A DNA stretch of 64,000 nucleotides from NCBI RefSeq assembly GCF_024521635.1, contig NW_026250423.1, positions 248,001 through 312,000 on the forward strand. Reading direction: 5' to 3'. Each line of letters begins with the position of its first letter. Position 1 is the first letter of the stretch. The stretch comes from Tricharina praecox (Eukaryota). Positions 26,561-40,497 of the stretch are shown here, in pieces. Made by a program: the position numbers and the translations under genes. Under the pieces are notes generated by a model. It did no database searches, was not told where the DNA came from, and worked only from the letters and a program-made list of their open reading frames with translations.

Positions 26561-27107
26561 CTTGAGGTTTCCGGTGGTGGTTGGGCGTTCGGGATAGGAG
26601 CTATGGGATTGCTTGTGTACACGCGTGGGTCGTCACTCCTCCATTGACAAGGAGATGGTGATGTGCCGCCTGGGAGACAGTTGAATTGTGAGAACAATAA
26701 CTTGAGATATGCTGTCAAGAAGTCAAAGGCGGGAGACCGGGGAAGCGAGAGAGACTCGATGAGCTTGACTGAGTGAGCTTGACTGCAAACCACGGGCGGC
26801 TCTGTCGCATTCCCATCCCCTTGGAGAACTAGCCCTGTGTAACTCGAGCTGTCATTCGTTTCTGTGTTGATCATTACCCTGTTGTCATAGCAACTGAGTG
26901 CGGAGCGCGTCAAAGTTGCTCGCTCCACACACTTACGCGCCGCTACTTCCTGTCTTTGTTCTTACAGCAAAAGATTCCCATACGCCGTACTAACAGAACA
27001 GAACTCCCGCCTACGTCCTCTCGATACACCGGCTTATTAGGCAGGATATATATAAAGATCCTTTTACCGGCTACTCCACTGCCGTCCTCCCGACCCCTCC
27101 TTCCACG

Positions 27108-30100
27108 ATGCCTCCGAAAGCAGCGGCTCCTCCGAACCCATATATCACAATCAAACAATCTCTCTCCGCCGAGTCTTGTTCGAGTACAACATTAGCATTG
27201 CTCACCGAAACCCTCTCAGGCCCTTCCTCGTCACTTCAAAAGGGACGAAGTGCTCGACCTGCATCAACTTCGAAAACCCGGCCGAATGTTCCACTCCAAT
27301 TACCAATCGCCGACCGGTCAAGGCTCGCAGTCGAGGTCATCAATGGCAGTCTACGCTCTCTGGCATCCCATATTGAAGCTGCGAAGGCAAAATCATCAAG
27401 TGATAGCACGCCACCGCCGGGCAAAGACGTTGCAAAAGGAGGACGCAGACTCATGACACAACCTGAAAAGGTGCTAAAGGCACGGTCCGGAAACAACAAC
27501 GACATGTCACTTGGTGCTTCTGATGGTGTCGACTACCTGGCAATGTGCTGTAGCTTTTCGATATCATTTTTGATATCCAACGAATCAGTCGAAGGCATCC
27601 AAGCAACGCAACCACTACAGACGGAGAATGCACGACTCAGTCTTGCGGGGAAGTTGACAGCGCTTGGGAGATACGGCGTCGCAATGAATGAGCTGAAGCT
27701 GTTGAAGTGGAGACTATTGGGTCTTATGCGAGGGGATAGTGGTGGTGAGAGTTGGTTGGTTGATGTTAGAAAGAAAGTGGCCAAGGAGGATTTCTCAACA
27801 CTGTTGGATTTTCCCGGGGTTTCAGCAATGAATTCAGCATTTCCTCTAGTAATTCAATGCCAACTTGGAATTTTGCGCTGCGTCGTAGGGATGAAGAAGC
27901 CCGGCTTAGCAGATGTAAGAACCACCACCATAGATCATTTCCTTGGATGCTAATTTCCGTATCAGACTATCCTACCCTCACTGTCGGCTGAGACCGGCCC
28001 TATCGCATGCACCAAAGCACTTGCTAAATCGTCGGCTTCGAAGGCGTTATCCCATATCACCAGCCTATTGCAGATGTTGCTTACTTTACCACCATCTATC
28101 TCTTCGAATGAGGACTCAGTCTCGTCCTCTAGTCAAACACTCTGCGCACCGAATACCGCATTTCTTCTTCAGTTCCTGAGCGTAGAGTGTTTGTTTATCC
28201 AACGGAAATTACGTCCAGAACCGAACCCCAAAAGCTTGTGGGAGTATTATGGGAAGTATCTAGCAACCTATATCCGGAGGACACAATCGTTGGATCCGAA
28301 CCGTAAACGAGAACGATATACACTCATTAGAGATACAATAGAAAAAGTGAAAAGGAAGTTCACACAGGAAGCGTTATCTCTTGAAGTCTACAAACTGGTA
28401 TCCCTGGCAGCATCGGAATCGAATCTCCCCGCAGAATCCCAACGATGGACCAGAGAATGGCTAAATGCGTTGCAAAAGGGCGGCGATCCGATAGACGAGG
28501 CCCTGACGGTCCTTTGTCAAGTTAGGTTGGCTGTTCTGGAACTGAAATCATTACGTCTAGCACTCGTCGCCCAAGGGATACCCCCGCTCGATCAACTAGA
28601 AACTATTGAGACAAGGGTTGCTCTTGCTTCCGAAGGGCTGGGGACCATTTCACGAGGGCGAAAGCCAGACCTCTACCTCTTACTTGAGGAAGCAGGACAG
28701 TTCAGACGTCATTGTCTTGCTCTTCTGTCTGCGCTACCACACGAAGGACGAAAGGTCGGAAGCGACGCAACAATCCAAGCAGAACGGAAGCTACGAAACA
28801 TTTGTGACCGAACCTTTCGAGGTGTGGTGAAGTTTTGCCGCAAAATCATGTCCTTGGGCACTACCGAACAGGAACAGGAAAGAATAGAGTCGATTCTACT
28901 CCCTGCAGTAGATACCGTGGTCTCGGCATGTCTGTGGGGATTTGATATCCGAGATGAAGAGTCATGGACGAACATCCAAGAGTTTCTCGGAGATTGCTGG
29001 ACGACGGTGAACTCTATTGAGAGGGAGAAGCCCGGAACGGTGGAGACTTTCTACAACAAGCTTTCGACGGTCTTTTGGCAAATGTTCCTGCTTCTACGAA
29101 AAGCGCCTGGGTCTGAGAATAAAGCCGTGAAGGCCCTCCGGAATAGCATAAGTGCAATGCAAGATAGACCGGTTCCCGAACTCATCAGTGCGTCGATTGC
29201 AAGAAAATGGGAGATTCTGGGAGGCTTATACCTGAGTGTTCGGGAATACCGGAACGGCGAACAGGCCTACCTTAAAGCCTTGGAGATTGCCTCATCGACT
29301 GGCCTACTAGAGGAGCTCGGAGAGCGTGCAACGCAAGGCGAATCTATCCAGCAACTAATCAGCAGCTCTGGTAAAGAGATTGCCTCGGTCGGCGCGGTAT
29401 TGACAGGTTTGGTCAAGATAGCAACGAAGAAGAAGGATAGGGTCGCTGCAGAATTGCGATTTGACGCTTATGGTCTCAACACCACCAGTAGAGGCTGCTT
29501 ACTCGAATGGTGCTTCTCTCTGGCTCAAGAGCATATGACGGATGATGGTTCGGTGGTGAGAGTGCTTGGGGAACGCCTGCTGGATGTCTACGAACTCGAG
29601 GAAATGCCGATCCGCCGGAGCAGAGTCGTCGTCAATCTCTTGGAGCTAGTCGTTGATCAACCCGAATTGCTTGACCTAAAGGAGGTGCGACTTTTGGCAA
29701 ACGAAGTCCTCGAGTGGGCAACCGGTGTTGCTTCTTGCGATTTCGACGAGGATGCGGGTCTTGAGAAATTTAGAGATGATGTTCTCGCCCGTTGCTGCAT
29801 GGGACTGGCTTTGTCTGACTGGCCGAATCGCTCGGACCTCGTGCTAGGGGCCTGTGAATTGTGGAACGGCATCATCCAACACGAAGGACATTGGGATGGC
29901 ATTGTGTGCAGGGTCGACCATCCAGAAAACACCATCAAACGGTTGGGAATGTCTGCGGAGTTTTTCGACATGAAAGGGGAGTACGACGTGAGGCTAGTGG
30001 TTCTAGAGTTGGAACTGGGCCTACGGAAAATGGAGGTTACGCCGAATTACGACGGTAAGTCTTTTGGGCCATTATCTCGCAACTAAAACTAATGGGGTAC

Positions 30101-33100
30101 TTCTCTAGCTTTGATTGGACTATATTCTAAAATTGGTCTCCAGTATTTGCGGCTGGGATACTCTGGAAAAGCGGGAATGTCACTCGGAAGGGCCCAAGCA
30201 TGGCTCAAAAAGTTGGGCGACGATGTTGCCACTGCGACCCAGCTCGAATGGCATCTTGCGTATACGGAGTATCTCGTTAGTATCGGAAACCTGGACAAAG
30301 GGTTGCAGTATTTCGATGTGGCGGGTCAAATCGCCTCTCGAGATGAGGATTTCGAATCCTACAAAACCAGCAGCAGTGGAAGTTTGAAACGTGTGAAAGT
30401 GAACCGGGCGATTGCCGACGCTGCATATGTCTCAAGCTTACTCGCTTTCGAGAAGGTGAGCCCCGTCTTCTAAAGGGTACCGGTCATTATGCTAACGACT
30501 GTAGGGAAACGCCAACGAATCACTTGTCCATGCGCGCCGATGTATCAAGCTTAATACTAGAGCTTGGACTGCGCTACAGATGATGAGTAATACTGCAAAA
30601 TCCCAAGGAACAGACTCCCTGGCGACCAATCTGCAGGCGCTCTCTCTGGCGAAGGAGAATTCTGACAATACCGATGCTTTGAATCGACCTGCTCTATGGT
30701 CGCTCGTATCGGCCCTTCATCAGGGGTATATGCAGACCGCTAACATATATCGACACCTTGGCATGATCCGGGAATCAATGTATTACGTCAATGAAGCTCT
30801 CAAAGCGCTCCAGGCTGTCGACGCGAAACCAATCATTGATTGGACGAATGTATGGCTCGGAGATCTGAAGATCAGGTGTGGCGAGACCGAGGAAGGCGAG
30901 GCAATTCTCAGGGCTGTAGAAGAATCCATGAGTGCAACTCGAGCAATGATTTCTTTCCATGTGGCCAAAGGCAATCTGGAAAAAATGCAAGGAGATTTCG
31001 AGTCGGAAGTGGGAGCTTATCGGGCCGCAGAAAAGATGATCGACGAGCTGCTTGCCAAGGCTATGGACAAATCGACAGGAGACACTGAAGTGCAGGAGGA
31101 GTTGCCCAATCAGTAGGTTTTATGCATCATTCCTGTCTGCTTGATACTAATAGCGCCCAGAGAGGACGCAATGGATATCGATGAGGAGAAACCTTCGACT
31201 CGTTCAAGGACGCCTACACGGTCCAGGACCCCAACGCGGGCCAAAACACCGACACGTGCAAAAACGCCGACCCGTGCAAAAACACCGACTCGAGCGAAGA
31301 CACCTACGAGAGGTGGCAAGGCTGCTGCTGCAAAGGCCGCTGCTGCTCAACCAACTTCTGGAGAATCGGCTTCATCGATTTCCAGCGAGTGTGTATCGTT
31401 GTTGAAGCAGAAGGGTGACATCCAACGACTGATCGCCCAGAGCCTGGCTCTACAAGGGGAATGCGACCTTGCTGCAGAGATCCTGGAACGAGCAGCCAAG
31501 CAGCCAGTAGGAACCCAAGAAGTCATTTCACAAGGTCTCGTCGAAGCCACAACACAGTTTCATGAAGCCTTTTCTCTGGTTGCGTCGGATCCGGTGTTTA
31601 GCGTGTTACAGGATTCAACAATATCGCTGCCGAGTGTCGTAAGAGCTCTTGAGATTGCTGCGGCATCCCCGGTCAAGAAATCCACGCGCAGAGAAGCCGC
31701 CAAACCATCCAAAGACTTTATCATGGTACTTGAACGTGCCAGAGATTGCATTTTCAGAGTCCATTCCAAGGCTATGAAAGCGGGGTCGTCCACTACAATA
31801 CCCCGAGTTGCTTCGCTTCTCACCAGCATCATTGTCTTGCTCTCCGCCCTCACAAACTCCAAGGGGCCAGGTCCTGAGCATCCTCTTTATGCTAGCTATT
31901 CGTTGGGTATGTAATTAATCCGATGCTCGTTTGTGACCCCACTGACAAAAACAGAGTTGCAAAAGGTGCTAGCAACGCAAAGGGAGAAACTGGTTGTCGA
32001 AACCGACAAGTTCGTCCTTACTGCAAAAGAAGACCTACATTGGCCTTCAGTCGGTGTGCCGCACGCTCACACGGCACGATTCGATATCATTCCGTTCGAG
32101 TTTCTGAACTTCCAGTCGGAGTACGTCGATATAATCCCGAAAAAATGGGCGGCGGTATCCGTAACGATGAGTGACAACAAGAAGGAGCTTTACATCACTC
32201 GCTTCCAGTCTGGAAAGAGCCAGTTAATGGTCAGGTTACCACTCAACCGCCACAATTCTCGGGACGACTATGAAGAAGTGATCGAGTACGAGATGGCTGT
32301 TTCGACTTTGAAGGAAATCATCTCGAAGTCAAATACCAGCACTCAGCACGCCAAGTACATGGAGAATAAGGCGGATCGCGCGGTATGGTGGAAGGAACGT
32401 GAGTCACTGGACAAGGAAATGAGTGATTTGCTCGAAGGGATTGAGAAGACCTGGCTCGGAGGCTTCAAGGGAATATTTTCTCAGTATCCGAAGAACCTGG
32501 CACTATTTGCGCGATTCAAAGCGACTTTCGATAAGATACTTTCCAAGCTACCCTCGAGGAAAAGGAAAAAGGGTGGAAAGGTAGAGATTGATTACCGAAT
32601 TCTGGAGTTGTTTATAGCACTAGGCAACCCAGATGGACAGGACCTGGTCGAGGCACTCACAGACTTGATTTTCTTTGTGGTCGACATCTTGCAGTTCCAT
32701 GGCGAAGGTAATGCCTATGATGAGATCGACGTAGATTCGGTGAGTGGTTCCCTTGAATGCATCACGGTCCCCTATAGCTGACAAACCTTCCAGATGGTCG
32801 TGGGACTGACCGGTGCTTTGTCGGCATATCATGAAGAGGCGGCACTTAACCCGGAAGACATCGAAGCAGAGGTTGACCATACCATCCTCATCCTTGACAA
32901 AACCGTTCAGACACTCCCATGGGAATCGATGCCCTGTCTCCGCGAGCACTCGGTGTCACGACTTCCATCAATGGCGATGTTGCGGGACCGAATCCTCCAA
33001 ATGCAGCAGACCAATGACGACCCAACCTCTCGTGCGGGCCACTACGTCGCCCGCAGTTCGGGCACTTTCATCCTCAACCCGGACTCGGACCTCAAGAATA

Positions 33101-33597
33101 CGCAAAAGATGTTCGAGTCCGACCTCAAGACGCTACCGGGCAACTGGACCGCAGTGGTCAACCGAGCCCCAACAGAAGAGGAATTTAGGGAAAACCTCAC
33201 GTCGAAGGATATCATGCTATACTTCGGCCACGGCTCGGGCGCCCACTACTGCCCGCCACGGACCATTCGCAAGCTCGACCGTTGCGCAGTGACGTGTCTG
33301 ATGGGCTGTTCCTCCGGGGCGCTCAAAGATGCCGGGGAATTCGAACCCTACGGCATGCCGACCAACTACCTCATTGCGGGATGCCCTGCCATCCTGGCAA
33401 ACCTGTGGGATGTAACAGACAAGGATATCGATCGGTTCACTAAGGACACGCTGGAGAAGTGGGGACTTATCGGGGACCGTGGCAAGCCGGGTATGAGCTT
33501 GGTCGAGGCGGTGACGAGCGCGAGGAAGAAGTGTCTTCTTGGCTACCTCAATGGCGCAGCACCGGTCGTCTATGGCATTCCCGCCTATGTAAAATAG
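27108..33597 (+). CDS. ESP1: Separase (peptidase C50; Esp1/Cut1/BimB), 7 exons
   Basis: Large helical N-terminal region. C-terminal motifs RLPLNRHNSRD, WWKERESLD, TWLGGFKG, LPWES.PCLR..SVSRLPS, FILNP..DL..TQ, catalytic YFGHGSG and LMGCSSG, ANLWDVTDKDIDRF, and YLNGAAPVVYGIP. Six canonical introns. Confidence 0.96.
31204..31311 (+). repeat. Six 18-bp coding tandem repeats encoding (S/A)(R/K)TPTR in separase
   Basis: Translates to SRTPTR SRTPTR AKTPTR AKTPTR AKTPTR AKTPTR, with varied third codon positions. Confidence 0.95.
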
Positions 33598-36500
33598 ACT
33601 GCGGGTGCGTGGTGTAGTTATTTGGCATATCTTGCCGTGTTGATGGACATTGGTTTTGGTGTACATACATGGTCTTACTCTGCGATGCTAGGTTGCCAGT
33701 GATCCAACAGCTCTTTACGGTCAATGGGCATGTCTTGGTTCGACGACGGGCACGTCCGTTTTGGTGTAGATATCTTTGCTCTTCAATGTTGAATAAGTGC
33801 AACCAAGTACTTATTGCTGCTTACTTGACTCCACCGGTCATTGACCGCGTTTTGGAGTTGTGCCAGCCCTTCATCGTATAATACTCGCGAGAGGTATGGG
33901 CAAGGTCCAGCTTGAGAATCAAGGCCTGTCGACCAGTCGCTTCTATACTCTACGTATTGCTTTTCATTTCTTACGAGTGAACAGCGGTCGAGATGGTCGA
34001 AACCTCTGGCTGGGTCCTTATGTTCGGTTGGGTTGGGTTTGAGGTTGCGAGTTATCGTCCGTGACGGCTGGGGGACGTAGGTAAGCAGCTTATTTAGCGA
34101 TGGAGTCGGTGTGGAATATTATTCTTATTCTTATTATCATTCCTATTCTTATGTTGGGCTTTGTTTTTATTGTTTTAAACCCCCCAAAAAGGTGTTTATC
34201 CGAATCCCGATTCCTGATGCCCGTAGTTAGTTAACTAGAGTCCCGGTCATATGGGGCGGACAACATTCCGATTCGTATAGAGCCCGGTGAGACTCACTGA
34301 ACGCCGGACTGGGGGGCGGGATCCGTACATGGTAGCGCGAGTAGGGTACATACCTTCTACATGCCTCCCATACCTGGTACTCTAGGTACCGTAGGTACCG
34401 TATGTACCTAGAGTACGATCAAACCCCACCCAACCCCACCTCACCTGGTGGTGTTGCTGCTGCTGCTGAACTGCCGGTAGTCTCTAGCTACATAACTACG
34501 GATATATATTTACGCACGAGGCACGGGTTTCGTGTTTACTCTAGTTAACTATGGGCAGTAGCGCAGTACGGTATCACGGCCGGGCCCCGGCGAGTTCGGG
34601 GTGGACACTAGAATCTATGACTTACCGGTACTCCACACTCGTGTTCGTGGTGTTGTTGTTGTATTTGTTGTTATTGCTGTGGACAAACAGCCAGGTGGGC
34701 CTGGTGGAAATCTGATGGGTAAGTATCATCGTACATGGGGGATTCGATTGGATACAGCCTAGGAAGGTAGGTACTCTACGTACTCTACGTACTCACCCCT
34801 CCGAGACACCCACCGAGGCCGGATGCAAGTTCATGATTGGTCACGCGCGTACGAACTACACAACACGCCCTAGATACTCGACATTAGCCCCCATAAATTA
34901 CTCGTATATATGGAAGCTCCGTTTGGTTGGCCAGGGATCAGTGAGTTGCAGTCCAGCACCAGCACCAGCACCAGCATGTAAACACCTACTCTACACTACT
35001 CTACTCTATGTGTGTGTTGTTTTGATCGCCAGCATGGGTATCACTACAGTATCTAGAGTAGAGTAGATACCGCGGCTTCTCCCTCCCTCCTTCCCTCCTT
35101 CCCTCCCTCCCTCCCTCTCTCCCTCTCCCACTCGGATCTTTGCCGTTTGTTTGTTTGGTGGTGGGAGAGTTAGCGAGTGCGCATTGGCTGTGTGTGTGTG
35201 AGTATTCCGTCGGGAGCTTCTAGAAACTTATGCAGTGTCTGAGTACCCACTCTATTCTATTACACAGATCTAAGTTGTACATACCTACACCACTACGCCA
35301 TGCCATGCCGTAGCCAGGTGGAGTGCCTCGGACGCCGGGGTTTTCCATGAGAGATGGTGATGAACCTGGTCCTTCTTCGTTCTTCCCCTTCGCCCTTCAC
35401 ACCCCTCCTGTTCCCGTTCCCCGTGTCGAAGTGTAGGTGTGTACCTATGTATGTGTTGGTGGGTAAGTCACTAGAACTAGTCACTGTGCTTTTGAAGATC
35501 TCGTTTTGTTCGAGGACGTGTTCACCGTCCACCGTCCAGCGTTCAAACAGCGGGCCTACGGCGATTGATGGTCGTATGTAGAAGCTCGTAGTGCACACTG
35601 CACACTGCACACACACCCACATGTCCGAGACTTGGTCAAGGCCAAGGTCATCTCTCGTTCTCAACTCTTGTTCGGTAGATGTTAAACCACACACCCACTC
35701 GGATCGGACGATTCCCTTCAGATTCTTGGCGTAAGCACCGCACATGTCAGTCAGTCAGTCATGTGCGCAGCGCGGGCGTATGTATGTACTCTACATAGGT
35801 AGTGAATCCTGGGGGCTGGAGGGCTGGAGAGGTTGGGATCTAGATCGGACTTGTAGGTATGTATGTGTGTATGTATGTACTGTGGCCAGGACAGATGGGG
35901 GGAGAAAACGGGGTGGTGGGTGGATTATTCGTCCAATCCTTTCATTCTGAGATGATAGGTACTTCGGGACCTATATGAGAAGGGGATTATAGCTGTCAAC
36001 TGAACACAACATTTATACTTCCATACATGTGCCAACGGATGTCGCTGTAAGTTGTAACTTGCAACTATCCCGGCTGAGGCCTGAGGACCAATGTTGATCT
36101 CAGTATCTCAGTGGTCGAGAACGAAGACATACCACTGAAGATTGATCATTGACAACAGCCGATTTTCGGGGCGTCCAATCAGAGACGACACTTCACGGAG
36201 CCTGCCTCGTAGAAGACTCCGTAGAGCAACCACAGAGCAACCCAAACGATTGATCTCTCCTTCATGATTGAATGCACCAGACAGAACTAACGACTCGCCC
36301 CCTCTCCCACAGAAAGGAAAAAAAGTATATAACGTTTGCTTGCTTACGCAAACGGGAAGCAGAAAATACCCGATATCGGTGCCTTCCGAGTGATATGGTA
36401 TGCACAGGTGTAGCCACTCTTCCGGCGGAATCATTCGGGGGCTCCTCCACTCGATGGATCATGGAAAGCGATGAGGCCTTGAATAGGTACCCAGCTCTAG

Positions 36501-38799
36501 GTATCGGTGAACCATCGACAACCTTTGACCTTCGCATCCTCACCCATACATAGCATTGTTGTTGTCATACCTCATGGGGTTTGTTGGTGGAATACATACT
36601 TGGTAATCTTGTGTTCGCGGCCCGGGGCGGAACCCTGTCGTGAGTCGTGAGCTCACTACCTAGCAGACGAGCCTGGAGGATGATATGCTAGCATGTCCAC
36701 ACCCTGCAGAAGTGTATATGCACCTCTCACGGGGCTACCAACCCCCATCTCGGTCGTGGTGATGGGGAAAGATGAACCGCCGTTGCACAGCAGCCTCGTG
36801 GACAAGGTAGTTGTTGCTGGGTTAGTTGGGAAAGTGTGTGATATCAAAGGTGTGTGATATCAAAGGTGTGTGTTGTGTGTTGTGCGGTATTGTTGATGGT
36901 CACTCTCCTTACGCAGCCCAGCAGCCCAGCAGCCTGTCCGCCTGTCCGCCTGGTCCAGTTGTTTAAAGCGAGCCGATTAGGAATGCTGGCTGAGCGGTGT
37001 CAGAAGTGGTCGGCAGGAGGACGAAGGTTTGCACCTGCCACCTACCACCTACATACTAGTATGCAAGCTGCAAACTGCGAGTCTAGCTAGGTGTTTGCAC
37101 CGTGCCTTCACTTCACATCTCATCCCTCCCCCCGCAAACTAGTAGATATTGAAACCCTCCCTATATAACACCCCTCTATATCTTAGATCTTGGGCCGAGG
37201 AAGACGTGTATGCATGTATGCCAAGGGCCAAGGTCAAGGCCAGAAGGGAACCTCGCACGGGGGGGCGGAGTTCTTAAAGCTTAGCATTTTATCCCCTTTC
37301 TCTCTCCTTCGATGGGGTATAATAGTTAAGATATGGGGTAGCGGTGTATATTCGACGTGCACAATGCAGTTGCAGTTCTTCCTCGTCTCCTCGTCTCCTC
37401 GTCTCCGACCGGGTTCGACCGGGTTCGACCGTCCGAGACCTTATGCGTGGTTGTGGGCGAGTTGTGGGGGCTATTTACCTACCAGTATGTACATAACAAA
37501 GTGCTAGGTAGTAGGTAGATGTTCAGTACGAATAACTACCTGAACCCCACCGTGCTCGCTCGCTTCCTGTGCTCGAGCCTTGCAAGTTGCAACTCGTACA
37601 TACTGGTACTATGCACCGTATTAGTATGGAGTGCCGTAAGCGTTGCGGAACATGCTGACGTTTCGTCCGTCCACCGGTTCAGCGATCTATGTACTAGCTG
37701 CCATCTGTCGCGCCCGCCCAGTCCGTCCGGTCAATGCCGCGTCATTATCATAACGGGCCGCTTGTCGACGGGTGTGCGCGGTCAGTCGATCGAGTGACAA
37801 AGAATGCTCCGGTGCGCATCCCACTACTACTGCAGCTTCGATACCACTACTCTCACTAGTAGGGTAGAGTACTCTACGGTATGTACGACGTCGACGGCAA
37901 AAGTTTCCCCCGTCGTCCGCAGACTACATATCGTCGCCACTGCTCCAGCCGCCAGCATTCCGTCCACGGGCACTGGCTGACAAGTTGTAAGCCGTATGTA
38001 AGCCAGTCAGACAGACTTCACGGATCACCCCCGTTTCTCGGGGAGGAAGCTGGAAGCTGGGCGGCGGCGGCGTATGTGTGTGCCTAAGGCAGGAAACTCA
38101 AGGCTGATCTGTGCCCTGCCCTTTGTCGTCGTCGTCCTCGTCGTCATCTTCCGGTACCTAGATAGATGAAGGAAGGAAGATGTTTGTCAGAGTTTTTTGG
38201 AGCGAGTACCTGCATAATCGCAGGCAGAGAGCGCTGACTCCGTCACAGTTTACATGCTAGGTAGATGTAAGTACTACTATATACCGGTGCTCGAGCTCGT
38301 TTCGCGAGCATCCTTCCTTCCATCCGGGTTGCGCCCCGGTGTTCTTCCCACTTTTACGGGATGAAGAACGCATTCCCGAGGCAGTTAGATAATTACAGGC
38401 AGATAAGATGTACAGAATTATTATCAACCTCAAACCCTCGATATGTAAATTTTCAGAGTCCCCTCCGATTCTCACCCGTGTCTCCAAGTTTAACGGTCTC
38501 GGTTTCCAAGTTCCAAGTTCCAACTTTTACTTGTGCGGTTCCACGATACGGTAACCAAACCAAACAAAAAACGTTCTAGAAGCCTTCCGCGATAGTTTAC
38601 TTGCATCTTTCGATTCATCCCCCTGCACCCACCCACCCACCCACACCCACACACGCATGAATCCCGTTCCACCCTTCCATCCTTCCACCCTTCCATCCAC
38701 CCTTCCTTCAGGCTTCCCTTCCCGTCCGCGGACCGCCGCCCGCCAAGCCTCCCATTCTCGCCACAGAGTGACACACAAGCCTTTTTTTTCCCGCGCCAA

Positions 38800-38843
38800 G
38801 TCCCGCCGTGTCCCGCCGTGTCCCGCCGTGTCCCGCCGTGTCC
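38800..38843. repeat. Minisatellite (GTCCCGCCGT)x4
   Basis: Read directly: four perfect 10-bp units plus a partial unit. Confidence 0.9.
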
Positions 38844-40465
38844 TACAACTACATACAACCACTCCCGCCATAATCCTCCGCGCCATCCTCCGCAGTCCGC
38901 AGGCCCGTTCCGAGAAGAAAATAAAAGCAACGTCCATGATGTACTCTAATTTTGGTCCACCCATCACCAGGCACCGCCGCCGCACCACACCGAGGCAAGT
39001 AGTGAGGCTTGGCCACACTCGTGAAACGTGAAACCGCCAGTCCAGTGCAGCCCCGGTCCGGTCCGCGCCGCGCCACGGAATAAGAAAGAAGAAAAAAAAG
39101 AAGAAGGAAGCAACGAGGACGTCATAATTCTAGAACCCTACATAGAAGCCTATGTAGACCCGGCGCAGGGGGCGAGGGCCGTTTACCGTTCGTCTGCCCG
39201 TCTGTCCGCCTGTCTGCCCGTCTGTGGCCTGTCGGTCGGAGGTTCTCTACGGGGTTGGGGAAGGTTCGCATATGCAAATGCAAACTCGCCGCTGAACAAA
39301 GTGATCGTGCGCCTGTCAGGCTGGCAGGCGGTTGCGAAAGTGAATCTTGCTTGCGTCGTGTCTGTCTGCCTGCCTGCCTGCTTACCTGCCTGCTTGACTG
39401 CGTGCGCCGTGCGTGCTTTACATACATACGAAGCAAGTTGGTGGGCCGTATGTAGGTGGGTGGTGGGTGGTAGTGGCAGATCGACAACCGGAGCATCGAC
39501 AACACAACAAACGAGCATCCAGAATCCAGCATCTAGCATCTAGCATCTCGGATCTGCGGCCTCAAGTCGAAGTGAGGCAAGTCAAGGCAAAGGTAAGGCA
39601 AACTTCGAAGGCGAGCGGAGGATAGACATATGGAGCCACGTGCCTCCAGTGGTGAGTACCTATTGAATACTGTACACATCCAACGTGGAGTATGTACTGA
39701 GTACAACAGGTACAGTACATCGACTGGGCTGTCCGACTCGCTGTTCTAACATCGAGTAGACAGGCAGTGTATGTATATTCGTGTTGTTCGTGAGAACTAT
39801 GTACCTGGATATCTACTACATATGGAATGTTTCTTGGTAGAGCAGGTACAGGCACCGCCGACGGCTTACATACTCCGGGTGGCTCGAGATTCCACGTGGC
39901 TCGAGATTGCACGGATATATTCCAGCATCACAGATGACGACTCACGGACCACGAATCACGATATGTAGCCCGCTGGAGTCCGAACAGTGTAGTGTAGAAG
40001 CGCAGAGCCCCTATGTGTATTCAACACACACATCCAAAGCCAGTCGGTCAGTCGGTCGTACACATGTAGCGCTTTTATCCAGTGAAACATCAGGCAACTT
40101 GCGTGCGTGCGCAGTTCAGAGTTCAGTTTCAATCGCAACCGGCCTAAATAAGTTGTCATGCTCGAGCTGGCGGCAACGGAAACCGAAAGGCAAAAAGAAA
40201 TCGCCACTTTCCAGATTTTATGTACAATACACATGTAATTTTGGGTTCAGGTCGAATCGCTCGTGACTCGTGACTCGTGAGATGAAGTCAGCAGCAGCTG
40301 GCCGCTCCGGACGGACAGTTTGGTTGGTTGATTGGCTGGTGACGTTCGCACCCGCAAGATTTCGAATTCAGGAAAGTGGATGGAAGGCTGGAAGCAGCGT
40401 GGAAGGCGGAGTGAGGGTCAGGGTTGGGTCGACGGGTGGGTGAGGGTTGAGGTTGAGGTTGGGGC

Positions 40466-40497
<32 letters not shown>

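Noticed and set aside
33595..33705. Roughly 35 open codons after the separase TAG
   Set aside because: No leaky stop context, UTR-like composition, and a length compatible with chance.
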